64,000 bases of DNA from Amphiscolops sp. MND2022 (lineage: Eukaryota). Position numbers and translations under genes: made by a program. Below the pieces are notes generated by a model, which saw only the letters and a program-made list of their open reading frames with translations, did not search any database and had not been told where the DNA came from. The first letter of the stretch is position 1; each line of letters begins with the position of its first letter. The stretch is from contig CAXLNC010001105.1 of NCBI GenBank assembly GCA_964187785.1, positions 1-64,000 on the forward strand, given 5' to 3'. Shown piece after piece: positions 50,031-62,300 of the stretch.

Positions 50031-53000
50031 TTACTTACCAACTAAAAACTACTTGATGCCTTAGAAAAACACAACGTTAGTAGACAAATTGGTTTCACTC
50101 CTTCAGATAAATCAATCTATGGTACTACCGTTTAAAACCCACTCATTAATATCCCTAAAGGCGATACTTTTAAAGTTGTCCCAGACGCAAGACACTTAAA
50201 CTCCAACAACGACAAATCCTTTGAGTCTTGGCCATTTGAACCTTTAGCTCCTCAGCTAGCGATAGCTAAGAGAAAAATAAAAAGTGCAATTGACGTGTTG
50301 TAATCTGATGCACATGCCCTTTTAGATGGAAAAACCATCCCCGCACCAGTTTCTCAACTAGAGATAATCTCAATGCCTTTATTCGAGGTTTTTACCGTCC
50401 TAAAGAACTCCCAAATTTTTTAACCAAACAAAAGTATTCCTTTTTCCGAACCTCATTGGCCAAGGCTTTGCACTTGTTTATAATGTCGATATCTTCCTCC
50501 TCGCTCCTACTAAAACCCATATGCTAGAACTAATTGTACACTAACATCAAATTTTTAGCATCAATATTGTTCAAATTGCGCATGGAAAATCATTTTATAT
50601 TCTCCTCACTATCACAGTTTTGGGAACTGAAATTGGCAATGACACTAATAAACCCGTCTCCTCTAAAGTTGATGGAATACAAAAACTAAAAACTTCTACC
50701 ACTAAAACAGAATTATTGCGATTTATTGAATCAAAATGCGTTTTATTGAATGAAATTTTACTCTAGAACTATGAACAAATCCCGCTCTCCACTTGAACTC
50801 TTCTCTCATCTCCTTCATTATGACAATTACTTCGAATGGACTCCTGAACCAGATAAACTCTTCAGTTAAATTAAATTGTCTCTCTCATAAGATGCTGAAC
50901 TCGCAATCCCTCATACCACTCATCCTTTCTATATTACAGTTGACGCTTCTCTTATAGGTTTAGGTGCAATATTTTTTCAACCCAAATCAAATGATAAAAT
51001 GCAAGTTGTATCTCAGAATTTTTGTATTTTAACAACTCAAGAACAAAAACATTCGACTTTTGATCAAGAACTCTGTGCCAAATATTCAATTTGTCGCAAT
51101 ACGAAGTTATTATTAAAGGCTCCAATTTCCCAATCACTCTCTTTACTGATCACAATCCTATGTCATTTCTTTTTACCCGTAAAATAAACCTCACACCAAG
51201 ACAATATTGGGCTCAAATGTTATTGACAAAATTCTCAAATCAGCAAAATATTCACACTGCTGGTACTAATCAAACAGTTGTTGATATGCTCGATCGAGAT
51301 TTTTCAACTATTACAAGCAAAATGTGTCAACTACAACACAAGACGCTGCTTCCACATTTTGAATTATTTCAACTTAAACCAAATGACATTTTAAAACTCA
51401 TACATTACCTGGTTAAACATGAAGATGTGTTATCCACACAAAGGAATGGTTCACACCCAATTCTTGTTCACTCTGGTGAAGATCATTTTACATTCCGTAT
51501 TCAAGATGAAAGTTAGACTTGTTACTTACACTCCCTTGATTCGTTTTCCTTTCAATCTGTATCCGCCTTTTTAAATAAATATAAAAACCCATTAAAAACA
51601 AAGTAAAGACAATACTTCAACAAATCCCTCTTTTAAATGAAAACGACCCACATGAAGATGATGACTTGTTACTATAAGGATTCCTCAACAGAATATACAA
51701 ACAACTCAAACTTCACCTGCAATTAGTTCCAAAATTTTTGGTATGCAACACCAAAACTTCCACAATTCTCATCTTTCTCAAGACATTATAACAAATATGA
51801 TAAACTCTTTCATATCAAACTCTGACAGGTTTCCTCATAACAAATGGCATAACCCAAAATTATAAAAAAGCTACCTCTACTCAATCATTGCCCTTTTTCG
51901 AGCCATCATTTTTTGCCCATTGTAAAGTTTTTGAAAATTTCTTCCTTCCAACTAACACCTATTTAACTATTCCATCCTCCTTCAAGCTCAAAATGACGAT
52001 CCTGTTCTTTCCACTGTTTCTAAATAGTTAAAACAAAAACAATACCCTTTTACCTTAACTCGCAATTGATCCAGTTTTATACACCTAATTCTCGTACATT
52101 CGAAGCAATTTTTACCAAAACTAACCATCTCTTAACCACTCTCGCATTTGTTTACCATTCAAACTCTTCTATGCTGCTTTTCACAAAACCAATTCACATG
52201 GTCACTCAGATGAAAAACTTTCCATTATACTTTTTAATCTTTTTTACTTAATTCCACACTTACCCCTATGGTTTTCTATCTCATTTCATGATTGATTGCA
52301 TTGAATGTCAAACGAATAAACACTTCCCTATTAAACCTAATAAAATTTCTCCTCCCCTACTATTCTATGAAAATGCCATTTTATTTTAATTACACATTTT
52401 CATTCGACACCAATGGTCCTATTTCACCTTCTTCACAAAACTAATCCCAAATTTTTGTAACTATTGACGCTTTTAGACATTGTGTATTTAGTATTTCTAC
52501 ACCCTATACTTCTTCCAAATATGCTATGCAAACACTTCCTAATCATTGGATCACTACAATTGGCCCCCTCATAACCGATCGAGGTACATAATATAATAAT
52601 CAAGATCTGGCACATCTTTGCTCCCTTTTTAATAATATTCACATTCCCCGTATTCCAAAATCCCCCTGGATAAATGGTTCAATTGAACTCCAAAACCGTA
52701 ACCTTGGAACTCTTTTACGTCTAGTTTTACTAAATCCTCCTACAAACCCCGACATTCCAATCCCAAATGTATGCTTATGCTCATAATACTCCTCCTTTCT
52801 CTCATCTTAAACTTTTTCTATATTAAATTTGTTTTCATACACACCCTCGTATCCCATTACCCTTTTCTCCTTATTTATTACGTAATCTTTCCAAAGACTG
52901 TATTGTCACATTTTGTGATTCACTTCCACCTCATACACAAGTAGAGTGATCAACATCTCAATCTAGTTTTTTGTTCATTCACTCAAGGACAAACCTATTT

Positions 53001-55419
53001 CCACATGGCTTCAGTCAGCTTAACCTGCAATGTTAGAAATATACTCCACTGTTCACCGTTATATTGCCTATAAACTAAACTCACAAACCTCTACAATTGA
53101 AACAACCTATTTAGAGCAACTCCCTCTTAATACATTTGTTTTTCACTCCTCACACCAGTTTAAAAACTGTCAAATTCTCAAATGAACCTATGCTTTCCGA
53201 CTTGGCTCATACAAAAGTATTCAACAATTCTCACAGCTCAGAGGTTACATATGAACTCATGGCCCAAGATGGTTCTACCTTCAATACTCATCGTACTCAT
53301 TTTTACCGTAATATTATAAGGAACCTGTTATTTTTGCATATCTTCGCCAATATCATTCCCCCCTTCAATCCTTTACAACCCTGGCACTGATTCTTATCAA
53401 ACTCGTTTCTCTTAATCGTTTCACTGCATATAAGATTTACATTTTGAACCATTTAACCCAAACACTTCTGGTAAACCCTTTGCACAACCCCAAATAATTC
53501 TACCTTCATCTCCTCAAAACCAAAACCTTAAGGATTCTACTCTTCGCAGTGATAGTCCAGATAATACATTTGACTCCATGGATTCTGATTTTGAAATGCT
53601 TCACAATCCTATTTATCAATCCACCTCTTCCAGTACTCCTCCTTTCTCTCGATTTTATCCACGTGTTGCAGATTCTCCAAACCTTAATTGTAAATCTACA
53701 CCTGAGTTTCGCCTTTCACCCACTTGCATTGGGGCTCCTCATTCACCCTATAAATAACGCCCATTTCCACCAAAAGGTTGTCATAACTCTGAACCCGTTA
53801 TTAGCGTACATCCTTAATATTAAATTCAACCCATAATTGCATTAAATTCCTAGACTACAAATGACTTGTCTCCTGTCTAGACTCGTCATTTTTATATCTG
53901 CACTCTTATTTTCCAAATCGAAATTTTAGCCATTCCGTTGACTACCTTCTAATCTTTTGTCACGGACTCTTGAATGTTCAGTCGGGTAATGAACAAACTT
54001 CAACCTACTTCTTTAAATAAGTTAAAACATTAAACTACGAAGAAGTAATTATAATCTAAAACACATTCAATTCACTCACTACTATAGTTTTAAATTTTCC
54101 GTTTCTATGCTGGGTCCTCCTGTTCCTTCATACTCTACTTCTACAGACTCCGACTCATCTGTTTCTTCTTCGGTTTTTACAAACACTATAAACTCTTCTC
54201 AAACCTTTTCTCTAATCTTACCTTATATTTATTAGCCCCTCTTTAGACATTACACCCATCAATATTCCTCACCACACTCCTAAAAACAGCTCCTATTAAT
54301 CAAATACCCCAACAATTGTTAACTCATCATCTTTTTGATACTGATTTTCTTTTAACTTCTTTTGATACTACACCAACTCTTTCTCCTCCTCCCCCTCTTC
54401 ATAGTTTTGATCATAGCAATATTGACCCAGCACTGTTATGAAATATTGATAAATCTTCACTTCGCAAATCAATCCTAATCCCTGCCTCTATCAACTGTCG
54501 TCGTAGACATTCTCAATTGGACCCTTCGCTTCCACTTCCGAATTCTTGTAAACACACTCAAACTGAATCTTCGCTTCCACCTCCCAAACTTTTAACAATT
54601 CCTGTTCTTGAATTTTTTGATACTCAGTGAAAAATACGCTTTAGGCGACGTCGACTATACAACCTTTTCTCTCATTTATCCTCACCTTCCCCACTCTAAT
54701 TCTACTTCTAAACCTACAACTTCTCCTTAGATAATTTTTAGACACCGTCTTTGAATCCACTTTTCGAAGACGTCATCGACCCAACCTTCGTTAGTGATAA
54801 CCGCATTCCCTCACCTTCTTTAGCTTGCGCTATTTCCTCTTTACTTAGACATCAAGCTCAATCGCTTTCATCTGATACTCTCTCTTCACTAGAAAAAAAC
54901 CCAACTTCTGGTGTAGACACTAATTTTCACAACGTTCCTCAATCTCCTCTTTCAATACTACAGCACACCTTTTTCCCAAAGAAACTTTTGGAACCCTAGT
55001 ATTCTTTCGTCTGGCAGTTATCCCCAAATTATTGACTTTAAACCAATCAGTATTCCACTCCTCCTACACATAATCGCATTGATTACCCCTTAAATGTTAA
55101 GGTGCTCTTGTTTCTCACACTCGTCAATTTTTATATCCTCAATTTTAAATAGGATCCCAAATTTTTACATCTTGCTACTAATATTGCAAATCAAACTTGA
55201 AATAACTGCAAATTTTCATAATTCAAATCCGCATCCGATTCCTTCTCATACAATTATGAACTTTAACTCTCTACCACATCTTTTCATTGCTCCCAATTTG
55301 AACCTTTTTGTTAATGATTGTCCTCCTTCTCGTCTTCTCCTCGGTTCTATAACTTTTCTTAATACCCTCATATTTTAAAAATACTCAGCCCAATAATAAA
55401 TTTCCTCCCAAGATATCTC

Positions 55420-57190
55420 AATCCTTACGTTATTTTCTTTCCCTCTTTCTCCCGCTCACAATCGTTGAACTCACTTTCGATTCTCTTACTGTTTTAGTTT
55501 TAGTAAGATCCAATGATCCTCACATTTCTGACCTTTTGGTTTCTCATTATGATTGTTCCAAACTACATACAACCATGTGCTCAAGCTCATTCCTCTTTCG
55601 AAAGCACTGAAGCTACCGCTAATGTCTTTTCCGCGCTAAAGCTAAAGGCCTCAAAGCAAAGACCTAGGCAGTTCATATTGAAAGCAAAAAAATTGCCTGT
55701 GCTCAATCTCAGCATACTTTTCAGATTGAGCACAGACAAATTTCTTGCGTATAAAGTAAGCTTCCGCGTTCATATCGCCGTCATGATCCTACTGAATATC
55801 ATCAGAACACCATGGAACGTCCTCTTACTTTAGACCCCACAGAATGCAAACATGCGATTCGCCACCTTAATAGAACTAACAACCCTCAATTTAATGCTTT
55901 TGATTATAGTAACTCCCACACGTTTTTTGCTGATTACTAAAAACAACGCCTCTTTGAAACCAGACAACCTCCTTTTCGTATAACTAACCTCAACACTTTC
56001 CATTATGGTGCGTTGCTTTGATTTCAAACTCTCAACTTGTTTTAAATGCAATTCTTGAAGAAAAGCTGTTTGTTGGGAACACTATGAAGGCATAATTGAA
56101 GAAGACAGTTGGTGTTTAAATGTTAAAGAAATCGAATCAACCTATGATGATAAAAGTAGCAAACTAATCTACCATGGACACACTTTACCTTGCCTCCATG
56201 ATGATGGTTTTCGCAATCCAACTATTTTAACACCATTTACCATTGTTTGGTTCCCTGAAGGTCTATGTCCTTGTTTTCTCAATTCACTCTTTTATCGGAC
56301 GAATGTCTAAACTTAACAATCGTCTAGGATCAAAACTGAACACTTTTCAAATCATAATAACTCTCATCTTCCTCTTGAAGCACCTTATCATGACTCTAAA
56401 TCTCAAGCTTGTCTCTCCCGATTTGAAATCTTCCCCGAAAGTAAAATAGTTTGCGATTTACCTACACTTTTATGTACTACTCATAATCCTGATCCCTTTA
56501 TTACATATAACGAAAGTTTTAACATGCACCCTGGTCAACGTAATCCTCTTCAATTACCAGAAAATGAACAAAATGATAAACTCTACTCTACTTTCCCTCG
56601 TAAACTAGTTTATACTCAACACAAACTCTTTTTTTTCTGCCTTCTACTCTTCCAAAAACTTTGCTACTATTGACTATGGACCTCATATCAATACTACAAT
56701 TAGTAATTCCTTTACTCAAGATTTTAAAACAAGGTCAGTTGCTGAACTTAACACCCTCCACACTGTTTGTGGAGTTGAACGAACTCAACTCTTAACTATG
56801 GTCGCAATGCTTCTTAAAAATCCACAATTAGCTGGTTTCTCTCAACTCAAAATCGTAGTAAATTCTTAAATGTTGAAGGCTCAACTGATTGGCTCTATGA
56901 TTGCCCTCATCATCTCTCTCTTTTTTATATCGCCGAACAATGCTATGATAAAATCTTTGTTAACTACCATGACACTGCTATGTATGATTACCCCATTACC
57001 CAACAAATTTCCGAATATGCTAAGAAAACACCTTGTGGAAACAATCCACAAATTGTTATTGCCCTTGTTCCTGATACTGACCAATAATATGTTTCAACTC
57101 CGGAGCCTGTTAGAAAAGACCCTCCTTAACTTTTTGAACCTACTCAAACCCAAATCGCCACTAGCCCAAACACCTTTACTGCTCAATCTC
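55420..57190 (+). pseudogene. E4 env-like class III (gB/chuvirus-like) glycoprotein, frameshifted and 3'-truncated
   Basis: LLVSHYDCSK..IQPCAQA, LTLDPTECKHAIRHLN, CLHDDGF..PTILTPFTIVW and TVCGVERTQLLTMVAMLLKNPQLAGF..FLNVEGSTDWLYDCP. Located after integrase. Confidence 0.72.
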
Positions 57191-57199
57191 AAATACTTT

Positions 57200-57608
57200 T
57201 ACTGCTCGAGATGCAGGTATATATTCTCATATGGAACTTAAGCCTTTTTGGAATCGTGTTCTTCTGGCTAAAATATATGGTAATACACTGCTACTTCTTT
57301 GTAAAGCTGTTAGTTATGAATTTACGAGTAAACATGTGTCCGCACTTCTCCCATATAAACCATATAAATGTTTTCCGGGTATCCCTAAAGCAAACTACAA
57401 AATCAAAATTGCATCCCCTCGGTTAGCAGATGATTGTTGTGAAGCTGTGATTTCCACAAGCTCAAGGTTTTGAAGGTCTGACTGCTCACCGTTGTTTTTC
57501 TCAATCTTGTTTTTTTCTGCCGAAAGCGTTGTTTCATGGCCAGACCACTAAGCTAGGCATGAAGAAATTACGTAAAACCCAACTTAGCCTAATACTTTGA
57601 TTGTAACA
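57200..57608. repeat. LTR-like fragment truncating E4
   Basis: Abrupt switch from env sequence; ends ...ttgattgtaaca. Family not identified. Confidence 0.35.
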
Positions 57609-57889
57609 CGATGATCCTTGAAGACAGGCAATTTTCACACATTTTCACTGGAAAACTCATTTTCAAACCAAATTAAAGTGAGAATTTCAATTTTTGGATC
57701 TTTAAACGCACGGACAAAAACCACAAAAGTCGTTCAAAAAAAGTTCTTTTTTCCAGTTCCAGTCTGTTCAGGAACTCTTGTCTGTTCAGGAATGAACATT
57801 TCACCTTTTAGTCGGCGCTTCATGAAATGAAATGCGACTATTATAGTGACTATTTTTTCCAACCCACACGAATTGACCAAAATAGTTGT

Positions 57890-58560
57890 TAAAAACTAAC
57901 AAGACGAGAACGTCCGAAGTCGGCGCTATATCTAAGGCTCAAAAAGCGCAAAACAATTTTTGGGAAAAAAACTTGAGATTATCGAAAAAAATTTTCGTAA
58001 GGAAAATGTCGCACAGTGCCGAAAAAAAATCAAAAGGGGGACCCTTTAGCCTCGGCCGGTTTTGTAGGTTACGTTTAAAAAGTAAAAAATGAAAGGGGGG
58101 ACCCTTTGGAGACAAAAAAATTTTCGAAAAAAAGTCGCACAGTGCCGAAAAAAAGCGGGGCTACGGGGGGATCCTTAGTGTGTTTTCGAGGTTCTGGACG
58201 TGTTTTGTTTTTTCTTTTCGTTTTGGACGCGCTTCTGAGGTTCGAGTGTTTTGAACCTCCATAGTTCAAGTAGTTGAACAAATGAACAAAAAAGTGGACC
58301 TTACGCGAGTAAAAAAAAAACTACCCACTGTAAGAGTCGGGCACATTTTCTACTAAAAAGCGCCGACTAAAAGAAGGTTCCCTCTTCACATTTTTTTGAT
58401 GTTTTGCGACAGAAATTTAAAAAATCCCCAAGGGTCCCCTAATTTAGTCCAATTTTCGGTTTTCGGGCACTGTAAAAAAATCTGGACACTTTGAAGTACT
58501 TTTGCTATTTTTTAGCCTTAGATATGGCCCTGACTTATGCCGTTCCCGGCTTGTTTTAAC
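57890..58560. mobile_element. MITE-like element with ~45-bp imperfect TIRs
   Basis: Left end aacaagacgagaacgtccgaagtcggcgctatatctaaggctcaaaaa versus reverse complement of right end aacaagccgggaacggcataagtcagggccatatctaaggctaaaaaa. Internal cgcacagtgccgaaaaaa repeats. Confidence 0.65.
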
Positions 58561-58967
58561 TATGCGGACTTTCAGAGCCTCTAATGATAGACTTGTCAAA
58601 TTGTAGAAAAGTAGAAACCTGGTTCTAGCCTGTTCATTTCAAGCAATGCTTTAAAGAAAGACTTGCCATAAAAGGAACGATGACAGTACGGAAGTACACT
58701 TTAAAAGAGAAGCATCAAGTTTTTATTTTCGAAGGAATGAAACGAGCAAATGAGACAATTTTCATTTCTCTAGTTTCAATCCGTTTTTGAATTTTTTGGA
58801 AACATTCTTAGCTATAATAATTCTCAAGAGTTGAGAAGCTAGTCGGCAACTTAGCATAATTTCAAACCTTTTCGGAAATGCTTCAATGAACCACAAAAAA
58901 GTCGCTTTAATGTTTCTGCAACTTTAGTAGGAGAGGGTTAACGTTTTCTGTTTTTGAGGATCATGGG

Positions 58968-59179
58968 TGTTATATATCTAATCTATACTAAGAAAGGTAG
59001 AAAACGATTAAAAGAGTATCTGTATTTTGTACTACTATTCTGTAACAAAATTGTATCATCAATGTATACAAAATGTATTTTTGTAGTTTCAAGTTTGTTT
59101 GTCAACAACTTGTTAATGAGTCTATAGATCTAAGGACTAGGAATCGGTAGAGGTCATTCGGAATTAGCACCGTATAACA
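58968..59179 (-). repeat. E5 3' LTR (212 bp)
   Basis: Perfect 7-bp inverted termini TGTTATA...TATAACA, directly after the PPT. Confidence 0.8.
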
Positions 59180-59199
59180 TTTCCTCCTCTCTCTCTCCG
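59180..59199 (-). promoter_or_regulatory. E5 polypurine tract
   Basis: GGAGAGAGAGAGGAGGAAA immediately precedes TGTTATACGG on the minus strand. Confidence 0.8.
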
Positions 59200-59337
59200 A
59201 GCTTTCTTAGTTGTGTGCCGATGTTCCGGGGGAGGTTGCTTCATCGGGCATGAAGTCGGCAGGCTTGTGCGTTGTCATCGGTTGAGGTGTTCCTTTGCGG
59301 GAAATCCAGCTTGAACCTATAACAAATTAAATATTGT

Positions 59338-62300
59338 TTATCCCCAGAAATTTCCAGTGTAAGGTATGGAACCGTATCTATTCGGTTTGTTTATATTTCG
59401 GTTAGATCGCCGTATTTTGTTTTCAATTTTCTCACCCTGTGGGATTTCGCCGTCTGTGTGAATTTGTATCACATCTTCTTCTGGGTTGGTTTTTATCGGC
59501 TCGTACCGACCGCCCCGTTCCGATGCGTAATTTCGGTTTGTTGATTCTTCCGGCATTTCTTCGTCATCATCATCATCTTCGTCGTCGGAATCTGACATGC
59601 TTGCCTTCCGGTTTCTTACTATTTTGAGTTTGCCGTTTTGGATGTCTCGTAGTACCTCGTCCCATAGAGCGTGCTTTCCGTCCAGCCCTCTCAGGCAGTG
59701 TCGGTTCTTCGGCGTGATTTCGACATTTGTCAATGCCGTATCTTTTCGGTTCTTCTTCTCGGTCTGAAACAGTGGTCCCGAAATAAATTTTCGGTGTATT
59801 ATTTTACCCGTATTTGTTTTTACGGTGTTTTCGGTTCCGTCAATTGTGGTTTGTATTTTGTTTTGAAACTTTCCTTCTAGTGATTTTTTATTGTGATTTT
59901 TCTCTACAAAGGAAAAAGGGTAGCTAACCGAATTTTTCTTTTTCGGTGATTTCTGGCCTTCATTGGCTTGTCTCTCCTCGGTCTTTGTTTTTGCCATGAC
60001 CATGTGGTTGGTGATCTCTCCTTCCGCATCGCGGCCCACATATATCGGGATCTTCGGTTTGTTTGGTGCTAAAATAGATATTTCTGACCAATCCGATAGA
60101 TACGTTTTCCCTTCTTTAATTATGTTAGTTAATTCGGTTCTCGGTTTTCTACCGTGATGTAGTTCGAATGGTGTTCTTTTCAGTCCGGTATGTATTGTAA
60201 AACGCATTACCCGGAGTGCTCGGTTTATACTTTCGGTTAAATCCGTTCCTTCTTCTAAGTTGGCTAACATTAAGTTTTTTAGAGTTTGTATCGCTCTTTC
60301 GACTACTCCGTTTCCCGTATGTAGTCGGGGTGTGCAGTACTCAATTTCTATGTTTCGGTTTTTACAAAATTCTTTGTATTCTTTTGATATAAAGGCTCCT
60401 CCTTTATCTGACTTAATCTTTTCCGGTATTCCGTAGAGATTAAAGTTGTTCGTTAGAAAATTCAGAACTTCTTTAGTTTCGGCAGTTTTACATATTTTGA
60501 CAGTTGGCCATTTGCTAAATCGGTCTACCGCTATTAGAATTTGTACGTCTCCGTTTATTCGTTTGTAATGTAATTTTCCGGTAAAATCAATTTGTATTTC
60601 TTGGCCTGGTTCGGTTAATTTTTCCAGTTTCCCGTAGTGGTTATTTGGTAATTGGTATTTTAAGTTTTTACCTGATGCGAGGCAGGCGATGCAATCTTTG
60701 ACTTTATTTTCTATGTCCCGGTTGATTTCCGGCCACTAAAAGATTTTTGCTTCGGCTGTCATCTTCGTCATGCCGGCGTGACCGAAATGCAGTATGTCTA
60801 GTAGTCGTCTTCGGAGGTCTACCGGAACCACAATCTGGTCGTCCATGAACACGAATCCCCACCGGATAGAGAGTTTATCAAATACCGGTCTGTATCCGTC
60901 CGGGGTCGTGTCCCTGTCTTCCCGTCTCATGCTTGCTCTGACTCTTGTGAGCTCGAGGTCGATGGCGGTCTTCGAAATTAGTGTCTTCAGGTCCAGCATA
61001 AACTCGAATTCGGCCTTCTTTATTGTGTCCTCGGTTATCTTCTTGTTTCCGGATAACTTTCCCACAATATGGTTTATCTGGATACAGTGCGCCTCCTTTC
61101 CGTCGGTGTTGAATTTACTCAGGTCGACTATTGGTAAATTGTCTCCCCTCTTAATCACGCTGTCTTCTTCAGTTTCTGGTTGTTCGGGCTCAATCTCGCC
61201 TTCTTCCGGATTTTCGGTCTCTTCAACTTCTTCGGCTAGTGGTTGGTATCCCCCCCAACCTGTTTGATCTATGCATTAGCTCTGCATCTATTTCCGCAAT
61301 TTCCTCTCGGCTGCGTTTGTTTGGGCGGGTAGGTGCGAAGATTGTCCGCTGTGTGTGTGGGTCGTACCTTCTTCTCAGCGTTCCCGGCTTTGATAGTGCG
61401 TTTCTCAGTTCGACTAATCTGCGGGTTCCCGGGCTTTTATTTCTCCTCCGAATGATTTCCATAATTTCTCGTGTCGCGCCCCAATGGTAGAAATTTTCTC
61501 TGTCCATATCGGTAATTTCCGGATTTAAATTTTGTAATTTCTGCTTTTGGATGGTGTTTGAATGTTGTTTCAATTTGCAACTTGACTTTGACGCGCTAAT
61601 TTCGGACTGCCCGGATGTATTTTTCTCACTTCGGTTTCTTTTGTTCACGCCGTTTTTGTTCTGGAATGTTCTATTTGATTGTGATTGGTGCGTGTGATTC
61701 TTATTTTGTTCTTCGGATGTATCGTTCTTTGTCTCGGTTATTGCTTTCTTGCATTCTGATTGGTCGGCGAATATTGGTCCGTATTTTGCGTTCAGTTTTG
61801 CTTGTTCGGATAGTATGTTAATTACGTATTCTTCATCGTAATTATCTTCCGGTGTGGCTCCCCCTACCGGATTTCTGCTGAGATAGTCCGTGAATTTCAG
61901 ATTGTTTCCTGCAATATGTTGTATTGCAATGTCAAAATGTGCAAGCCGGTCTAACCACCGAGTGAGTCTTGCACTATATTGTTTATTGCATCGGTTTCGT
62001 TTTATTAGGGGTTCCAATGCTTGATGATCCGTGTACAAATATACTTTCTTTCCGTATAGGTAAAATCGGAATTTTTCTAATACCCAAACAACTGCTAATA
62101 ATTCCAATTCACCGATTGAGTAATTTTTTTCGGTATCATTCAAGTATCTGCCACCGTACGCGATCGGTTTTATGTTTCCATCGTCCTGTTTCTGCCATAA
62201 TGTAATTCCGAGTCCGGTTTTACTGGCGTCGGTCGTTACCATGTTATCCTTGTCTTTAGCGTAGTGTGCTAAGCAAGGGCCTTCGGTTAACATTTGTTTT

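Larger units (their letters stand above)
41641..57190 (+). mobile_element. E4: decayed env-bearing Ty3/gypsy element, 3'-truncated
   Basis: LTR 41641-42353, gag, protease DSGCSIC (~46766), RT and RNase H (~50000-51330), integrase (~52000-53100) and env (55420-57190). Confidence 0.85.

Noticed and set aside
55513-55600. Apparent signal peptide MILTFLTFWFLIMIV in the ORF track
   Set aside because: The frame conserved with E3 is the alternative one (DLLVSHYDC), so the hydrophobic peptide is likely a frameshift artefact.
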